Shown here: in pieces, positions 53,939-63,166 of the stretch
How the letters are laid out: every line of letters starts with the position of its first letter
Numbering within the stretch: position 1 is the stretch's first letter
IMG/VR virus record: IMGVR_UViG_3300026493_000002
Reading direction: 5' to 3' (one strand)
Length of the DNA stretch: 64,000 bases
DNA from: a virus
Taxonomy: Duplodnaviria; Caudoviricetes
Position numbers and translations under genes: made by a program
Notes under the pieces: model-generated
Database searches by the model: none
What the model was told of the DNA's origin: nothing
Seen by the model: the letters and a program-made list of their open reading frames with translations, nothing else

Positions 53939-55831
53939 TTAACCTCGGGGCTTGATGGATACGGTCTGATTGGACATGCGCTTGCGCACGTTGGCTTCCT
54001 TCATGGCGCGAGCGATGCGACGATTGATCTTCTCGTTCGCTGCCTTCTGGCCGGTGAGCAGACTGCGCTTGCCGGTCGCACTGACGTTGTAGAGTTCACC
54101 GGTGTCACCGAACTCGCGGTTCAGCAGTGCAGGCTTACCACGCACCGACTGAGTGCTGCTGCGAGTCTTCTGCAACGGCGGCGGGATCAGGAACGAACGG
54201 GCTTCCGCCGACATATCGTCATCACCGCTCTCGTCGTCCTTCGGCAGCAGGGCGTCGATCTTCTGCTTGTACTCCTGCAGGCGCTTGCGCGTTGCAAGGT
54301 CGTCGTCCTGCTGCTTGAGCAGTTCGTCGAGGTTCAAGCCACCGGCTGCGGCCAGCACGCGGATCGGGACGGGCACGCCCTTCTCGGTCATCGACTGGAG
54401 CATGTCCATGTAAGCGGTGTCGCCCTCGGGCTTCAACTGCTTGGACCACGACACGCTCGGGATCAGCAGGCGGCTGCCGTCGTTAAGGGTGTACAGGGCT
54501 TCTTCCGGAGCCAGGCTGTCCATCAGACCATCGGTGCGGATGATCTTGCCCTTGTGGTTCACGGTGATGCCGTTAATCATCGACACCAGCGGGAACAACT
54601 TCTCGTAGAAGAACTTCCGGGTCATCATTTCGCGGTATGCACGGAGCATATCCACGAACACGGTCATGCTGTTGTCGTTGACGTTGTAGTTCGCGTCGCC
54701 AGACAGGAACGCTTCCGAAATCGACAGCGCGCGCAGCTTCTGCGGCAGTACGGAGTCGGAGAAGTCGGTCACCTTCCAGAAGTCGCCACCCTGACGAATC
54801 TCCTCCACGCCGACACCGGCACGGGTTGCAACGATGGCACCGAGCGGATCGGTATCAGCGTTGAGGAACATGTCCACCATGAACTCCATGTCCTGCGGAC
54901 TCGGAATCCAGTTGTCACCGTCACCCAGCGTCAGGTGCATGATGCCGCGCTGGCGTCGTGCAGACTCGACAAGGGTACCACGGAACAGGTTCTTTTCGAT
55001 CAGGTACAGCGGCAGCAGACGACGGTAGTAGCTGACGCCCATGTCCGTATCGGCGAACGTCTTGCGCGGGATGTACGTGGTCGTCATCGGGTCGAGCTCC
55101 ACAGAGCCAGCCTTGATCTTGTCGAACACGTCCGCACCCACCAGCTTCATCAAACGCTCAAGGCGCTTGGGGTTCATTTCCAGCACGGCCTTGTGCTGCT
55201 CACTGAACGTAGCGGTGATGACCGGTTCCTGCGAGTAGAACGGCAGGGTCTGGATGCCGAGGTTCTCCGGGGCGTAGGGCATCACGTCCACGAAGACCTT
55301 CTTGTCGCGGTTGTAGAGCATCGAGTGGCAGTGCAGGCCCAGCACCAGCTGGTCAACCGCCATCTCGGGAATCAAGGTCTTGCAACCCAGACGCTCCACG
55401 TTCTCGTTGTAGATCGAGAGGATCTTGTCATCCTCCAGGCCGCCGAGCGAGAAGTCGCCGAACGGCAGCATGGACATGAGGTCGACAGCACTACCGCCGA
55501 CGGGATCGTTGTAGTAAATGTCGCGGTACAGCGAGTACAGGATGCGGTAGTTGTTCGGCATCAGACCGACAAGCATCGGGTCCGTGTCGATGGTGACCGG
55601 CATGCTGCCCATCTGGGTGTTCGGCATCGCCATGTTGATGCCGCTCTCGGACGTCATGACGTCCGACACCTTGCCATCGGTGACCTTGGACTCGGCCTTC
55701 TTCGAGTTACGCACCTTGCTGTCCATTCCCAGATGGGAACCGTCAGTGGACGTCGGCAATGCAGCTGCCGTCGCAACGTTCGCACCTGCCGGGCCGGGCC
55801 TGGTGTACTTGCTTTTCTTGATACTCAGCAT
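53939..55831 (-). CDS. Portal protein, about 630 aa
   Basis: YRDIYYNDPVGGSAVDLMSMLP portal-like motif; downstream of terminase; GGAG RBS before MLSIKK. Confidence 0.85.
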   Translation of the reverse strand: MLSIKKSKYTRPGPAGANVATAAALPTSTDGSHLGMDSKVRNSKKAESKVTDGKVSDVMTSESGINMAMPNTQMGSMPVTIDTDPMLVGLMPNNYRILYSLYRDIYYNDPVGGSAVDLMSMLPFGDFSLGGLEDDKILSIYNENVERLGCKTLIPEMAVDQLVLGLHCHSMLYNRDKKVFVDVMPYAPENLGIQTLPFYSQEPVITATFSEQHKAVLEMNPKRLERLMKLVGADVFDKIKAGSVELDPMTTTYIPRKTFADTDMGVSYYRRLLPLYLIEKNLFRGTLVESARRQRGIMHLTLGDGDNWIPSPQDMEFMVDMFLNADTDPLGAIVATRAGVGVEEIRQGGDFWKVTDFSDSVLPQKLRALSISEAFLSGDANYNVNDNSMTVFVDMLRAYREMMTRKFFYEKLFPLVSMINGITVNHKGKIIRTDGLMDSLAPEEALYTLNDGSRLLIPSVSWSKQLKPEGDTAYMDMLQSMTEKGVPVPIRVLAAAGGLNLDELLKQQDDDLATRKRLQEYKQKIDALLPKDDESGDDDMSAEARSFLIPPPLQKTRSSTQSVRGKPALLNREFGDTGELYNVSATGKRSLLTGQKAANEKINRRIARAMKEANVRKRMSNQTVSIKPRG

Positions 55832-55910
55832 AACGGGAGTCTCCATCGAACCCGAGCATATGCCGCAGAGGGTCGATCTTTTGGATTGTAGTCTCTGCGG
55901 CAAATGCCGA

Positions 55911-56132
55911 TCAGTTCTTCTGCGGGGTGGAGACGCGGCAGGTCGTGCAGAAGAAGACCGTGTCGCCGTTGCCGATCGTGCCGGTGGCCATGGAGGTCTT
56001 GCACTTCGGGCACTCGCCGACATTCTCGTTGTAGATTGCGGCGGTGGCTTCCATCGCAGGCTGGTCAGCGTTGGCGACTACAACCTGTTCCGGCTCCGCT
56101 TGCAGCGGGTTGAAAATGGGCTTGGTACTCAT
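55911..56132 (-). CDS. Small Zn-ribbon protein, 73 aa
   Basis: CPKC...CTTC; GGGAG RBS. Confidence 0.7.
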   Translation of the reverse strand: MSTKPIFNPLQAEPEQVVVANADQPAMEATAAIYNENVGECPKCKTSMATGTIGNGDTVFFCTTCRVSTPQKN

Positions 56133-56159
56133 AGCGTGTATCTCCCTAAGACATGGTCA

Positions 56160-56167
56160 AAATTAGC
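56160..56167 (-). promoter_or_regulatory. Putative late promoter GCTAATTT for the portal operon
   Basis: 27 nt upstream of ATG 56132. Confidence 0.7.
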
Positions 56168-56193
56168 ATGGCGGACAGTAGGCCCTGGCGGCG

Positions 56194-58383
56194 TCAACCT
56201 CTCGATTTGCGCACGCCGAGCGAGGTTCCAGCAGATGCAGCACCGCCGCCTCCGCCACCACCGGAGTATCCCTTGGAGACGCCCATCTGGGAAATGTCGA
56301 TGCCCCGATTGGTCTCCAGTCGATCCTTCTCCCAGAGCTCCTGGTTGTCTTCATCGAGGAGCATTCGCACGCACAGCATGGAGGCACGCACCATGTCGTC
56401 CGTCAGCTGATCACCCTTGATGATCTGGCTGCCAGTGTCCTGCACAGTCAGCATCTGGAGATAGAAGTGGCCGATGGCGTCGTTCTTGAACACCGACGGA
56501 TAGTTCGACTGGTCGTAGGTGGTAATCTCGTCCAGCTCGCGCTTCGGATTGGGCAGCAGGATGCGCTTGTCTTCGAGGTAGTCCTTGAACAGTCGCATAT
56601 CGGCGTACTTGAGGCTGTACTGCCGAGTCTGGACCTCGTGGTCTTCCTCAATGTCGGAGAGGATCTTGATGCTGTTCCAGCGGTCGGCTGCCACCAGCTG
56701 CACGTTACGCGCATCCAGCATCGGCACGATCACGCTCTTGTAGATGCGCGAGAAGTTCAGCGGCACGCCCGGTAGAGGCATGACCTCCATCACGGCGTCG
56801 ATCACTGGGAACTTGTGATCCGCCAGATGGCCGATAGCCATTGCGAAGCTGTTGTTGACGTAACCCGCATCGAGCGCAAGGCAGGAGGGCTTACCGGTAC
56901 GACGCGCCTTCTGGATGGTAGCGAAGCGCATCATGTCCTTGGTCTTCTTGCTGCGCTTCTCCTGATGCTGGAGAATCACGGCGTTGGGCTTATCACCGAT
57001 AGCACCGGTGACGATACCCGCAGACAGGAACTGGTTGGACGACAACGGAGGCTGGGCACCGTAATCTCGCATGGCGCCGATCGGATCGTTCTTGAACTCG
57101 TTGACGATGACCGGGTTGTCACGCAGCACACCGGGGTTCATTTCCCACGTGGGGCGGATCAGGCCCAAGATGACGCGCGAACCTTGAGACTTGCGCACCA
57201 GCTCCATGATCTTGTCTCGTACCGACGACGGGCTGGACACGTTGATGAAGTAGCCGGTGGGGATATCGGTGAAGCCCTTGGACCACAGGTTGTCAGCAGC
57301 AGCGCGGACGGTCAGCAGCGAACGTTCGAGTGCCTGATAGACCTGTGTTGCGTCCATCTTGACCTTACCGCTGTCGGCACTGTTGTCGAACCAACCTAGT
57401 TCGTCGATTGAACTCAGGAAGCGAGTACGACCACGCAGGGTTCGCTTATCGGGACCTGCCGGGTACATGAGCAGGCGACGGTGGCGATACATGACGAAGG
57501 TGTCGTTGAGCTTGTAGAGCTCCTCGCCGGTCCTCGCCGTGTAGTCATCCAGCATCGAGTGGTACTCTTGGAACCACGGACTCGCCAGGATGTTGCCGTA
57601 GAACGGATCCCATAGCGTGTCCTTCGCCTGCGCATAGGTCAGTGCGACGAACGTACCGTGCAGTGTATTCGACGGCAGCAGGCCGTAGACCTCGTTCGGC
57701 TTCTGGAGCTTCAACATGCGGTGCGTGATGTACGCCGATAGCATCGCAACCACTGCGGACTTACCCGAACGCTGACCTGCCGAAATCGCCAGTTCGTAGT
57801 ACAGATTGATCCGACCGCGCATGTACGCCTTCTGCTGGCTGCGCTTACAGTGCGGGCACTTACCGTGCACCAACGGAACGATCTTGCTCTGGACGTGATC
57901 CAGGGTATCGCCCACACCGTAGTTGTCGAAGTAGTCCTTGTCCGAGCAGTGTATGCACCACTCGCCGAACAGTCGCAACCCGATCAGGGCCTGCGAGGCG
58001 TACGGCTTCTGATTCAGCAGCTTGGGATTGAGGCAGAATTCCAAGAAGTTGTCGGCGAGCGCGAAGTCGCCGTCGTTGATCTTGATATCCGGACTGACGA
58101 TGGACTTGGAACTGATCGCCTTCTTCAACACTTCCTGAATGTCGAAGGTGTCGATGGTGCCAGGAACGACCATCGGCAGACTATTGCCACCGGGTTCCGC
58201 CAGAACGTCCGGCATCGGAGTCTCGATGGCATCGAACAGACGACGCATACCATCGAGGCCACCATCCTTGCCTCGCTTGAAACGACCACAGCTGTAGATT
58301 ACGGACTTATGCGGGTCCTTGCACTGCAGGTACAATGCACAGGACATGCAGTTCTTCAACGTACTAGATCGGACCTGTAGCAT
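56194..58383 (-). CDS. terL: Terminase large subunit, 729 aa
   Basis: Walker A GQRSGKS, Walker B SSIDE, coupling motif VSS, nuclease LALDAG and DDMVRA. Confidence 0.95.
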   Translation of the reverse strand: MLQVRSSTLKNCMSCALYLQCKDPHKSVIYSCGRFKRGKDGGLDGMRRLFDAIETPMPDVLAEPGGNSLPMVVPGTIDTFDIQEVLKKAISSKSIVSPDIKINDGDFALADNFLEFCLNPKLLNQKPYASQALIGLRLFGEWCIHCSDKDYFDNYGVGDTLDHVQSKIVPLVHGKCPHCKRSQQKAYMRGRINLYYELAISAGQRSGKSAVVAMLSAYITHRMLKLQKPNEVYGLLPSNTLHGTFVALTYAQAKDTLWDPFYGNILASPWFQEYHSMLDDYTARTGEELYKLNDTFVMYRHRRLLMYPAGPDKRTLRGRTRFLSSIDELGWFDNSADSGKVKMDATQVYQALERSLLTVRAAADNLWSKGFTDIPTGYFINVSSPSSVRDKIMELVRKSQGSRVILGLIRPTWEMNPGVLRDNPVIVNEFKNDPIGAMRDYGAQPPLSSNQFLSAGIVTGAIGDKPNAVILQHQEKRSKKTKDMMRFATIQKARRTGKPSCLALDAGYVNNSFAMAIGHLADHKFPVIDAVMEVMPLPGVPLNFSRIYKSVIVPMLDARNVQLVAADRWNSIKILSDIEEDHEVQTRQYSLKYADMRLFKDYLEDKRILLPNPKRELDEITTYDQSNYPSVFKNDAIGHFYLQMLTVQDTGSQIIKGDQLTDDMVRASMLCVRMLLDEDNQELWEKDRLETNRGIDISQMGVSKGYSGGGGGGGAASAGTSLGVRKSRG

Positions 58384-58389
58384 GATAGG

Positions 58390-59247
58390 TTACCTCATAT
58401 GCGGATCCCGTCGCGAGCGTTGCAGGCCGGCACCGTTACGTGGGCGTGGCGCATCTTCGACGACTCCGATTGGTGATTCATTTTGATTGTCCTGTCGCGG
58501 TCGATTCATCGCATTCTTACGTGCGTTATCTTCCTGACGGTGCATCTGGGATTGGCGGCTAACGATCAGCGCCTGCAGTTCAGAAGAGGCCCGAGCCTTG
58601 TCTTTCTTTACGGCAGCGAGCTTCATGGATTCGGCCGTGTCCTTGGCCAGCTGTTCGATCAGCGTTTCCATGTACTTGCGCTTGAGGGATTTCGGCAGTG
58701 AACTCCGGCGCATGAAGTAGAACACGAGGTCGATGTTGGACATGATCTTGGATGCCTCCATGACCGAGTCATCCATTTCGACTTCGATGCCCAGACCATC
58801 ACGCAGCGCGGACGTCACATAGGACTGTGCAGCTTCAAGGCCCATCATGGTGGGCAGCAGCCGATTCATCATCAGGCGGCTGAGGTCCTTGGTGCGTTGC
58901 GTACTCTTTCGGGTCACGCTGCGCAGCAGGTCTTCCGGTACCTTGATTGTGTTCTCGAACTCCACACCGGGCAGCACATGCGATTCGTAGCTGTCGGTGT
59001 TGATCTTCGGCTGAGGCACCGAAATGTCCGGCAGGTCCTCAGCGCGGCGGCGCTTGTCGGCACGACGCTTCGCACGGCGGCGCTTGTCTGCGCGCTTGCG
59101 ATGATCGTTCTCCCAAGCCGTGTCGTGCAGACGCTCCAGCTTGAACAGAGGAGTAATGTCGTCCATGATGCCGAAGACGCCCTCAGGAAGTTCGTCGTTT
59201 GCGCCGAGAACTTCCGACTTCTGCTTCTTGATCTTCTTGGGCTTCAT
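58390..59247 (-). CDS. Hypothetical basic protein, candidate terminase small subunit by position
   Basis: Directly upstream of terL; tandem RADKRRRA repeat; no recognisable motif. Confidence 0.4.
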   Translation of the reverse strand: MKPKKIKKQKSEVLGANDELPEGVFGIMDDITPLFKLERLHDTAWENDHRKRADKRRRAKRRADKRRRAEDLPDISVPQPKINTDSYESHVLPGVEFENTIKVPEDLLRSVTRKSTQRTKDLSRLMMNRLLPTMMGLEAAQSYVTSALRDGLGIEVEMDDSVMEASKIMSNIDLVFYFMRRSSLPKSLKRKYMETLIEQLAKDTAESMKLAAVKKDKARASSELQALIVSRQSQMHRQEDNARKNAMNRPRQDNQNESPIGVVEDAPRPRNGAGLQRSRRDPHMR

Positions 59248-59860
59248 TGTCGGTCCTAAGATACTGTCGTGTGCGGCGATTGGTGCGCTTGGAGATACCT
59301 CCGCGCCACGCCATTCGTGTGATAAGGTTCATGGACACCTCGTCATCGACTTCCCGCTTCTTGCACGGGATCACAATGTCGAGATAGCCAGTTGTAGGAT
59401 TCAGTACCATGACACCGGCGCCAGTTCCCTTGAGGTCGACCTTGAGTTGGTCTTTCAGCTTCTCGAAGGTCCTGTCGCACATGACGATGTACAGGCGATT
59501 GCAATACTTGGCGTACTCGCGCCACTTCTTGTCCGTTCGGTAGTCTCTCGGGCCGGACTTGACCTCGCAGATGACGATCCTTCGACGGAGGTTCACGCAG
59601 ATCACGTCGGCGCGGAGAGTTCCCCACGACGTTACGCCGAGTTCCTGAAAACAGGAGTAGCCTCCCTTGAGGAAGTACGAACACACGGCAGTCTTCAACG
59701 TGTCTGCGGTGCTGGTATTTCGGGTTCGCGCTTCCTTGGCGGATACGAGTGGTGTCCTCGACCCGCGACGTTTGCCCTTGCGGCGCTTACGTTTGCGCGG
59801 TGACGTGTAGCCGAATATGTCCTCGTCCTTGGAGGAGGGCTTCTTTTTGACGATAGCCAT
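59183..59860 (-). CDS. MmcB-family PD-(D/E)XK nuclease
   Basis: RADV...ICEVKS..DY.TD.KW.EY..YC motif. Confidence 0.8.
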   Translation of the reverse strand: MAIVKKKPSSKDEDIFGYTSPRKRKRRKGKRRGSRTPLVSAKEARTRNTSTADTLKTAVCSYFLKGGYSCFQELGVTSWGTLRADVICVNLRRRIVICEVKSGPRDYRTDKKWREYAKYCNRLYIVMCDRTFEKLKDQLKVDLKGTGAGVMVLNPTTGYLDIVIPCKKREVDDEVSMNLITRMAWRGGISKRTNRRTRQYLRTDNEAQEDQEAEVGSSRRKRRTS

Positions 59861-59900
59861 TGCTGGAATTCCGATAGGTATGAAGGCTCGCGAAAACGAC

Positions 59901-59929
59901 AAAAGCCCGTCCACCGAAATGGACGGGCT
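59901..59929 (-). terminator. Rho-independent terminator after the helicase
   Basis: GCCCGTCCA-TTTCGG-TGGACGGGC followed by TTTTG. Confidence 0.85.
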
Positions 59930-59970
59930 CTGGTCACCTAGCGGCTGGCCTCGATATGGTGATTCATAGG

Positions 59971-61440
59971 TCAGTCAACGTCGAACGCGATGGCTTCTTC
60001 ATCGTCATCGCGCTTGCGCTTCTCCTTCTTGCCGTTCTTGTCAGGCTTACCCTTGCCCTTCTTCTTGGACTTGGGCGCGTCGTCATCGTCTTCCTCTTCA
60101 CGCGGCGGCTGACGTTCGGAGTTCTGCTCAACGTTGTCCGGGTTGGACACGCGCATGATTTCAAACTCTTCCTTCAACGGGAACGGGAACAGTTCCTGGT
60201 CACGTGCCTTACGCTGCTGGATCGGAATCTCCTTGAGTTCCCGCTGCTCGGGCTTGGAGTAGTTCCAGACCCAACAGGCGTCGGCATGTTCCAGCATACC
60301 TTTGGAGTAACGAATGCGGTCGTCTTCACCGTCCAACTGCGCAAGCACGATCACCAGGCACTTGTTCTTGCTGGAGAACACCTTCGCCTGTCGCACGATG
60401 GAGGACAGCGTCTTCCACTGGTCCTTCTCGTCAACACCCTCAAGCAGGCCCACGTAGTCGATTGCAACCACGCGGTACTTGTACGGTTCGATCAGGGTGA
60501 ACAGGGAGTTCGCCGAAATGCCACCCTTCGGACAGAAGAGGGCATAGCGACATTCGTTCTCTTCGCCGTGCTTGTGGAACTTGCGCCACGCCTTCCGGAT
60601 CTTCTTCCGGTCGTCGTCGGTCAGCATACCCTTGGCGATCTTCCAGAGAGGAACGCGAGAGATAGACGCAGCCAGACGGCGTGCTTCCTTCTCCTCGTTC
60701 ATTTCCAGCGACACGGTCAGGCAGTCGAGGTTGTTGTGACGGTACATGTACTCCATGATGTTCATACGGAGTACGGACTTGCCGCCCGAGGTCGTACCGG
60801 CCAGAATCCAAACGCCTTCGGTTGGGACACCACCGTTGCGCGTATCGAACTCCGTGTAGCCAGTCTTGTGCAGCTTCTCGGTTGTAGGATCGAGGACGCG
60901 GTCGATCAGTTCGTGCGCGTTGCCGTCCTTACCGATGGTCTGAATCGACTCGGTGAGGTTCTGCTTGCTTCGCGCTTCGCTGACCTTGCCTGCAACGTAG
61001 TCAACCAGTCCATCGACGTCCAGCTTGGTACTCTTGAGCTGGTTGACAGCCTCCTTGGACATTTCATAGATGATACGCGAGACGCGATAGTCATCCAACT
61101 GGTTGAGCAGTTCTTCGGCTTGCGACACGGACCTCGCAGGCTTCTTCTTCTCCTCGCGAAGAATGTCCCGGAACTCTTCGTCGAGGGCCGGGTCCTCAAT
61201 GAGGTCGTCGTAACTCAGGATACGCGAACGCTTCTCCGCTACCTTCATCAGGCGACGGTACGCTGCGCGACAAGGCTCGTAATGGAAGAACGATTCGTTC
61301 AAGCCGGCCATCAACGTCGAGCTGGCCAGTGCCTTGGAACTGGTGTCCAGCGTCGCTACCGAGGCATCGTCCTGCAGCCCATTACGTAGGGCAATCGTCC
61401 TGATCGCCCTGAGCTCCAAGCTTTGAGAAAACAGCCTCAT
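59971..61440 (-). CDS. dnaB: DnaB-like replicative helicase
   Basis: AGTTSGGKS, VSLEM, VAIDYVGL, VLAQL, LEHAD motifs. Confidence 0.9.
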   Translation of the reverse strand: MRLFSQSLELRAIRTIALRNGLQDDASVATLDTSSKALASSTLMAGLNESFFHYEPCRAAYRRLMKVAEKRSRILSYDDLIEDPALDEEFRDILREEKKKPARSVSQAEELLNQLDDYRVSRIIYEMSKEAVNQLKSTKLDVDGLVDYVAGKVSEARSKQNLTESIQTIGKDGNAHELIDRVLDPTTEKLHKTGYTEFDTRNGGVPTEGVWILAGTTSGGKSVLRMNIMEYMYRHNNLDCLTVSLEMNEEKEARRLAASISRVPLWKIAKGMLTDDDRKKIRKAWRKFHKHGEENECRYALFCPKGGISANSLFTLIEPYKYRVVAIDYVGLLEGVDEKDQWKTLSSIVRQAKVFSSKNKCLVIVLAQLDGEDDRIRYSKGMLEHADACWVWNYSKPEQRELKEIPIQQRKARDQELFPFPLKEEFEIMRVSNPDNVEQNSERQPPREEEDDDDAPKSKKKGKGKPDKNGKKEKRKRDDDEEAIAFDVD

Positions 61441-61958
61441 CTGGATTTCCGATTATGATTGGCCTCATTCCGTGGTGAGATAACCGGAGCCCGGAACTGC
61501 GAAAGCTCCGGGAACTCCGCCGTGATCTGGGTCTTCCACATGGTGAAAGTCTCAGACTCGACTTCGCGCACGGACAGGTGAATGCCGACTTCGGCACCAA
61601 CGTCTTTCATACGCGGGTTGCGCCACTTGGTGAGGCAGTTGAATAGGGACGTCGAGGTCATCGAGGAAATCGCCGTGTCCATCAGCTTCTTGTCGATCCC
61701 GTACTCACCGCGCAGGATCTGTTTCAGCTTGACGTAGGTGATGCCCTTGTTGGCCTTGACGATTTGATAGATAAGCCAGCGCAACGTGCAATTGAACTCG
61801 CGCGTGTTCGGGTCCATGCTGAGGTTGAAGATCAGCTTTTCCAGCAGGGCCAGATCAGTGTGCGGCGCTGACACTTTGACAGGTAACGACATACAAGCCA
61901 TCCCGTGAGAGCCGTCGGCTCCCAGTGTCGATAGTTGATTTACAGATACGTCGAACAT
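61437..61958 (-). CDS. Hypothetical protein, 173 aa
   Basis: Overlapping stop/start with helicase; possible winged-helix. Confidence 0.55.
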   Translation of the reverse strand: MFDVSVNQLSTLGADGSHGMACMSLPVKVSAPHTDLALLEKLIFNLSMDPNTREFNCTLRWLIYQIVKANKGITYVKLKQILRGEYGIDKKLMDTAISSMTSTSLFNCLTKWRNPRMKDVGAEVGIHLSVREVESETFTMWKTQITAEFPELSQFRAPVISPRNEANHNRKSR

Positions 61959-61968
61959 GACTCTTCCC

Positions 61969-63105
61969 TCAGGCAGCCATCGGGAGAAGGCCGTCGCTCG
62001 ACCCCAGCTTGGACTTCAACTTCGCAAAGAAGTTGTTGACCTTGTCAGGATCGACGCGGAGGAAGCGACCCACCAGGATGTTGAAGCGCGACGGCTCGAT
62101 GCGCTCCTGCAGGTCACTGTTGGTCTCTTTGGCCGTGGCGTAGCGGTTGCTATGGAGCCACTCGGTGAACTCCATGTCGTCCGCGCCCATCAGGATCGTG
62201 AGGAAGCGATGCTTCTTGCTGCCGGTCTTGACCGAGGACACCAACTGGCCAACGCTGTGTTCAATCTCGAAACGCTCGATCGGATTGTGACCAGCCAGCT
62301 CCTCGTAGGACACGGGATCCGACTCAGCGGTGATGCGCATTTGGTTCTCGCTCACGACCAGCAGGGAGAAGGAGTCACGCTTCTCACCGGTCGGGTCGTT
62401 GTTGACAAGGCGACCCGCCTTCTGACTGGTGTTCAAGCCGATGATGTTGACACCGGCGTTGTGTACCGCACGCTTTATGTAGTTCACGACATGGGCCGGC
62501 TCCATCGTGCACGGCATCACCTTGTGATAGGCGTTGACGGCTTTGATCTGGAGCTCGGCGTGCAGGTCGCGCAGTTCATCGTTCTTCGACTTGCAGATGA
62601 AGCGCAGCTTCTTGTACGCGAAAGCCTTGATCTTCTTGTTGACAGGTTTCAGGATTTCGTTCATCGCCAGTTTCAGGATGCCGAGGTTCAGATGAATGTC
62701 GGACTGGAACGGGCGAACGTGCTTCTTGATGCGCGAGCGGAAACGGCTCTGCTCGGACCAGAAGCGGAAGATACGTGCAGCATCGCAGTTGAAGATGCCG
62801 TACTCGGCGGCGTAGGACTTGGCCTGATCCTTCGTTACACGACGGACCTTGCCGAGACGGAACACGTACAGCTTGAGGCAGAGGCCCAGGTATTCAGTCC
62901 GGTGCAAGCGCAGGCGGAAGTCCTTGGCCGAGAAGTCCTTGTCGTGGCAGAACGGCTTGAGGCGATTCTGATACTCGGCGTAGCCAATGCCACGCGTGAG
63001 GTACGACAGGGTGTGTGCGAATACGGTGTAGAACTCGTCGCTCTTGGTGTCAAACCCGAAGTCAGACTTGATAAGACCGCAAAGGCTACCGATTGGAGTT
63101 TTCAT
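61969..63105 (-). CDS. Sigma-factor-like protein (region-2-like), about 378 aa
   Basis: RDLHAELQIKAVNAY...NYIKRAVHNAGVNII resembles sigma70 region 2; C-terminal helical region; start uncertain. Confidence 0.5.
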   Translation of the reverse strand: MKTPIGSLCGLIKSDFGFDTKSDEFYTVFAHTLSYLTRGIGYAEYQNRLKPFCHDKDFSAKDFRLRLHRTEYLGLCLKLYVFRLGKVRRVTKDQAKSYAAEYGIFNCDAARIFRFWSEQSRFRSRIKKHVRPFQSDIHLNLGILKLAMNEILKPVNKKIKAFAYKKLRFICKSKNDELRDLHAELQIKAVNAYHKVMPCTMEPAHVVNYIKRAVHNAGVNIIGLNTSQKAGRLVNNDPTGEKRDSFSLLVVSENQMRITAESDPVSYEELAGHNPIERFEIEHSVGQLVSSVKTGSKKHRFLTILMGADDMEFTEWLHSNRYATAKETNSDLQERIEPSRFNILVGRFLRVDPDKVNNFFAKLKSKLGSSDGLLPMAA

Positions 63106-63166
63106 AGGAGTGAGATATGATTTTGAGTGTGAGATAGGATTGCTACGAAAGGTTGCCAGACTGGGC

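Noticed and set aside
49086-61440. Inteins or introns in ligase, terminase or helicase, and genetic-code reassignment
   Set aside because: Motif spacing is continuous, sizes are normal, and TAA, TGA and TAG all act as stops.
35-63120. Many very long plus-strand ORFs (for example 35-2848, 17255-20569, 23985-26537, 53723-55891)
   Set aside because: They are antisense shadows of strongly codon-biased minus-strand genes; they lack RBSs and recognisable motifs, and their translations read as mirror composition.
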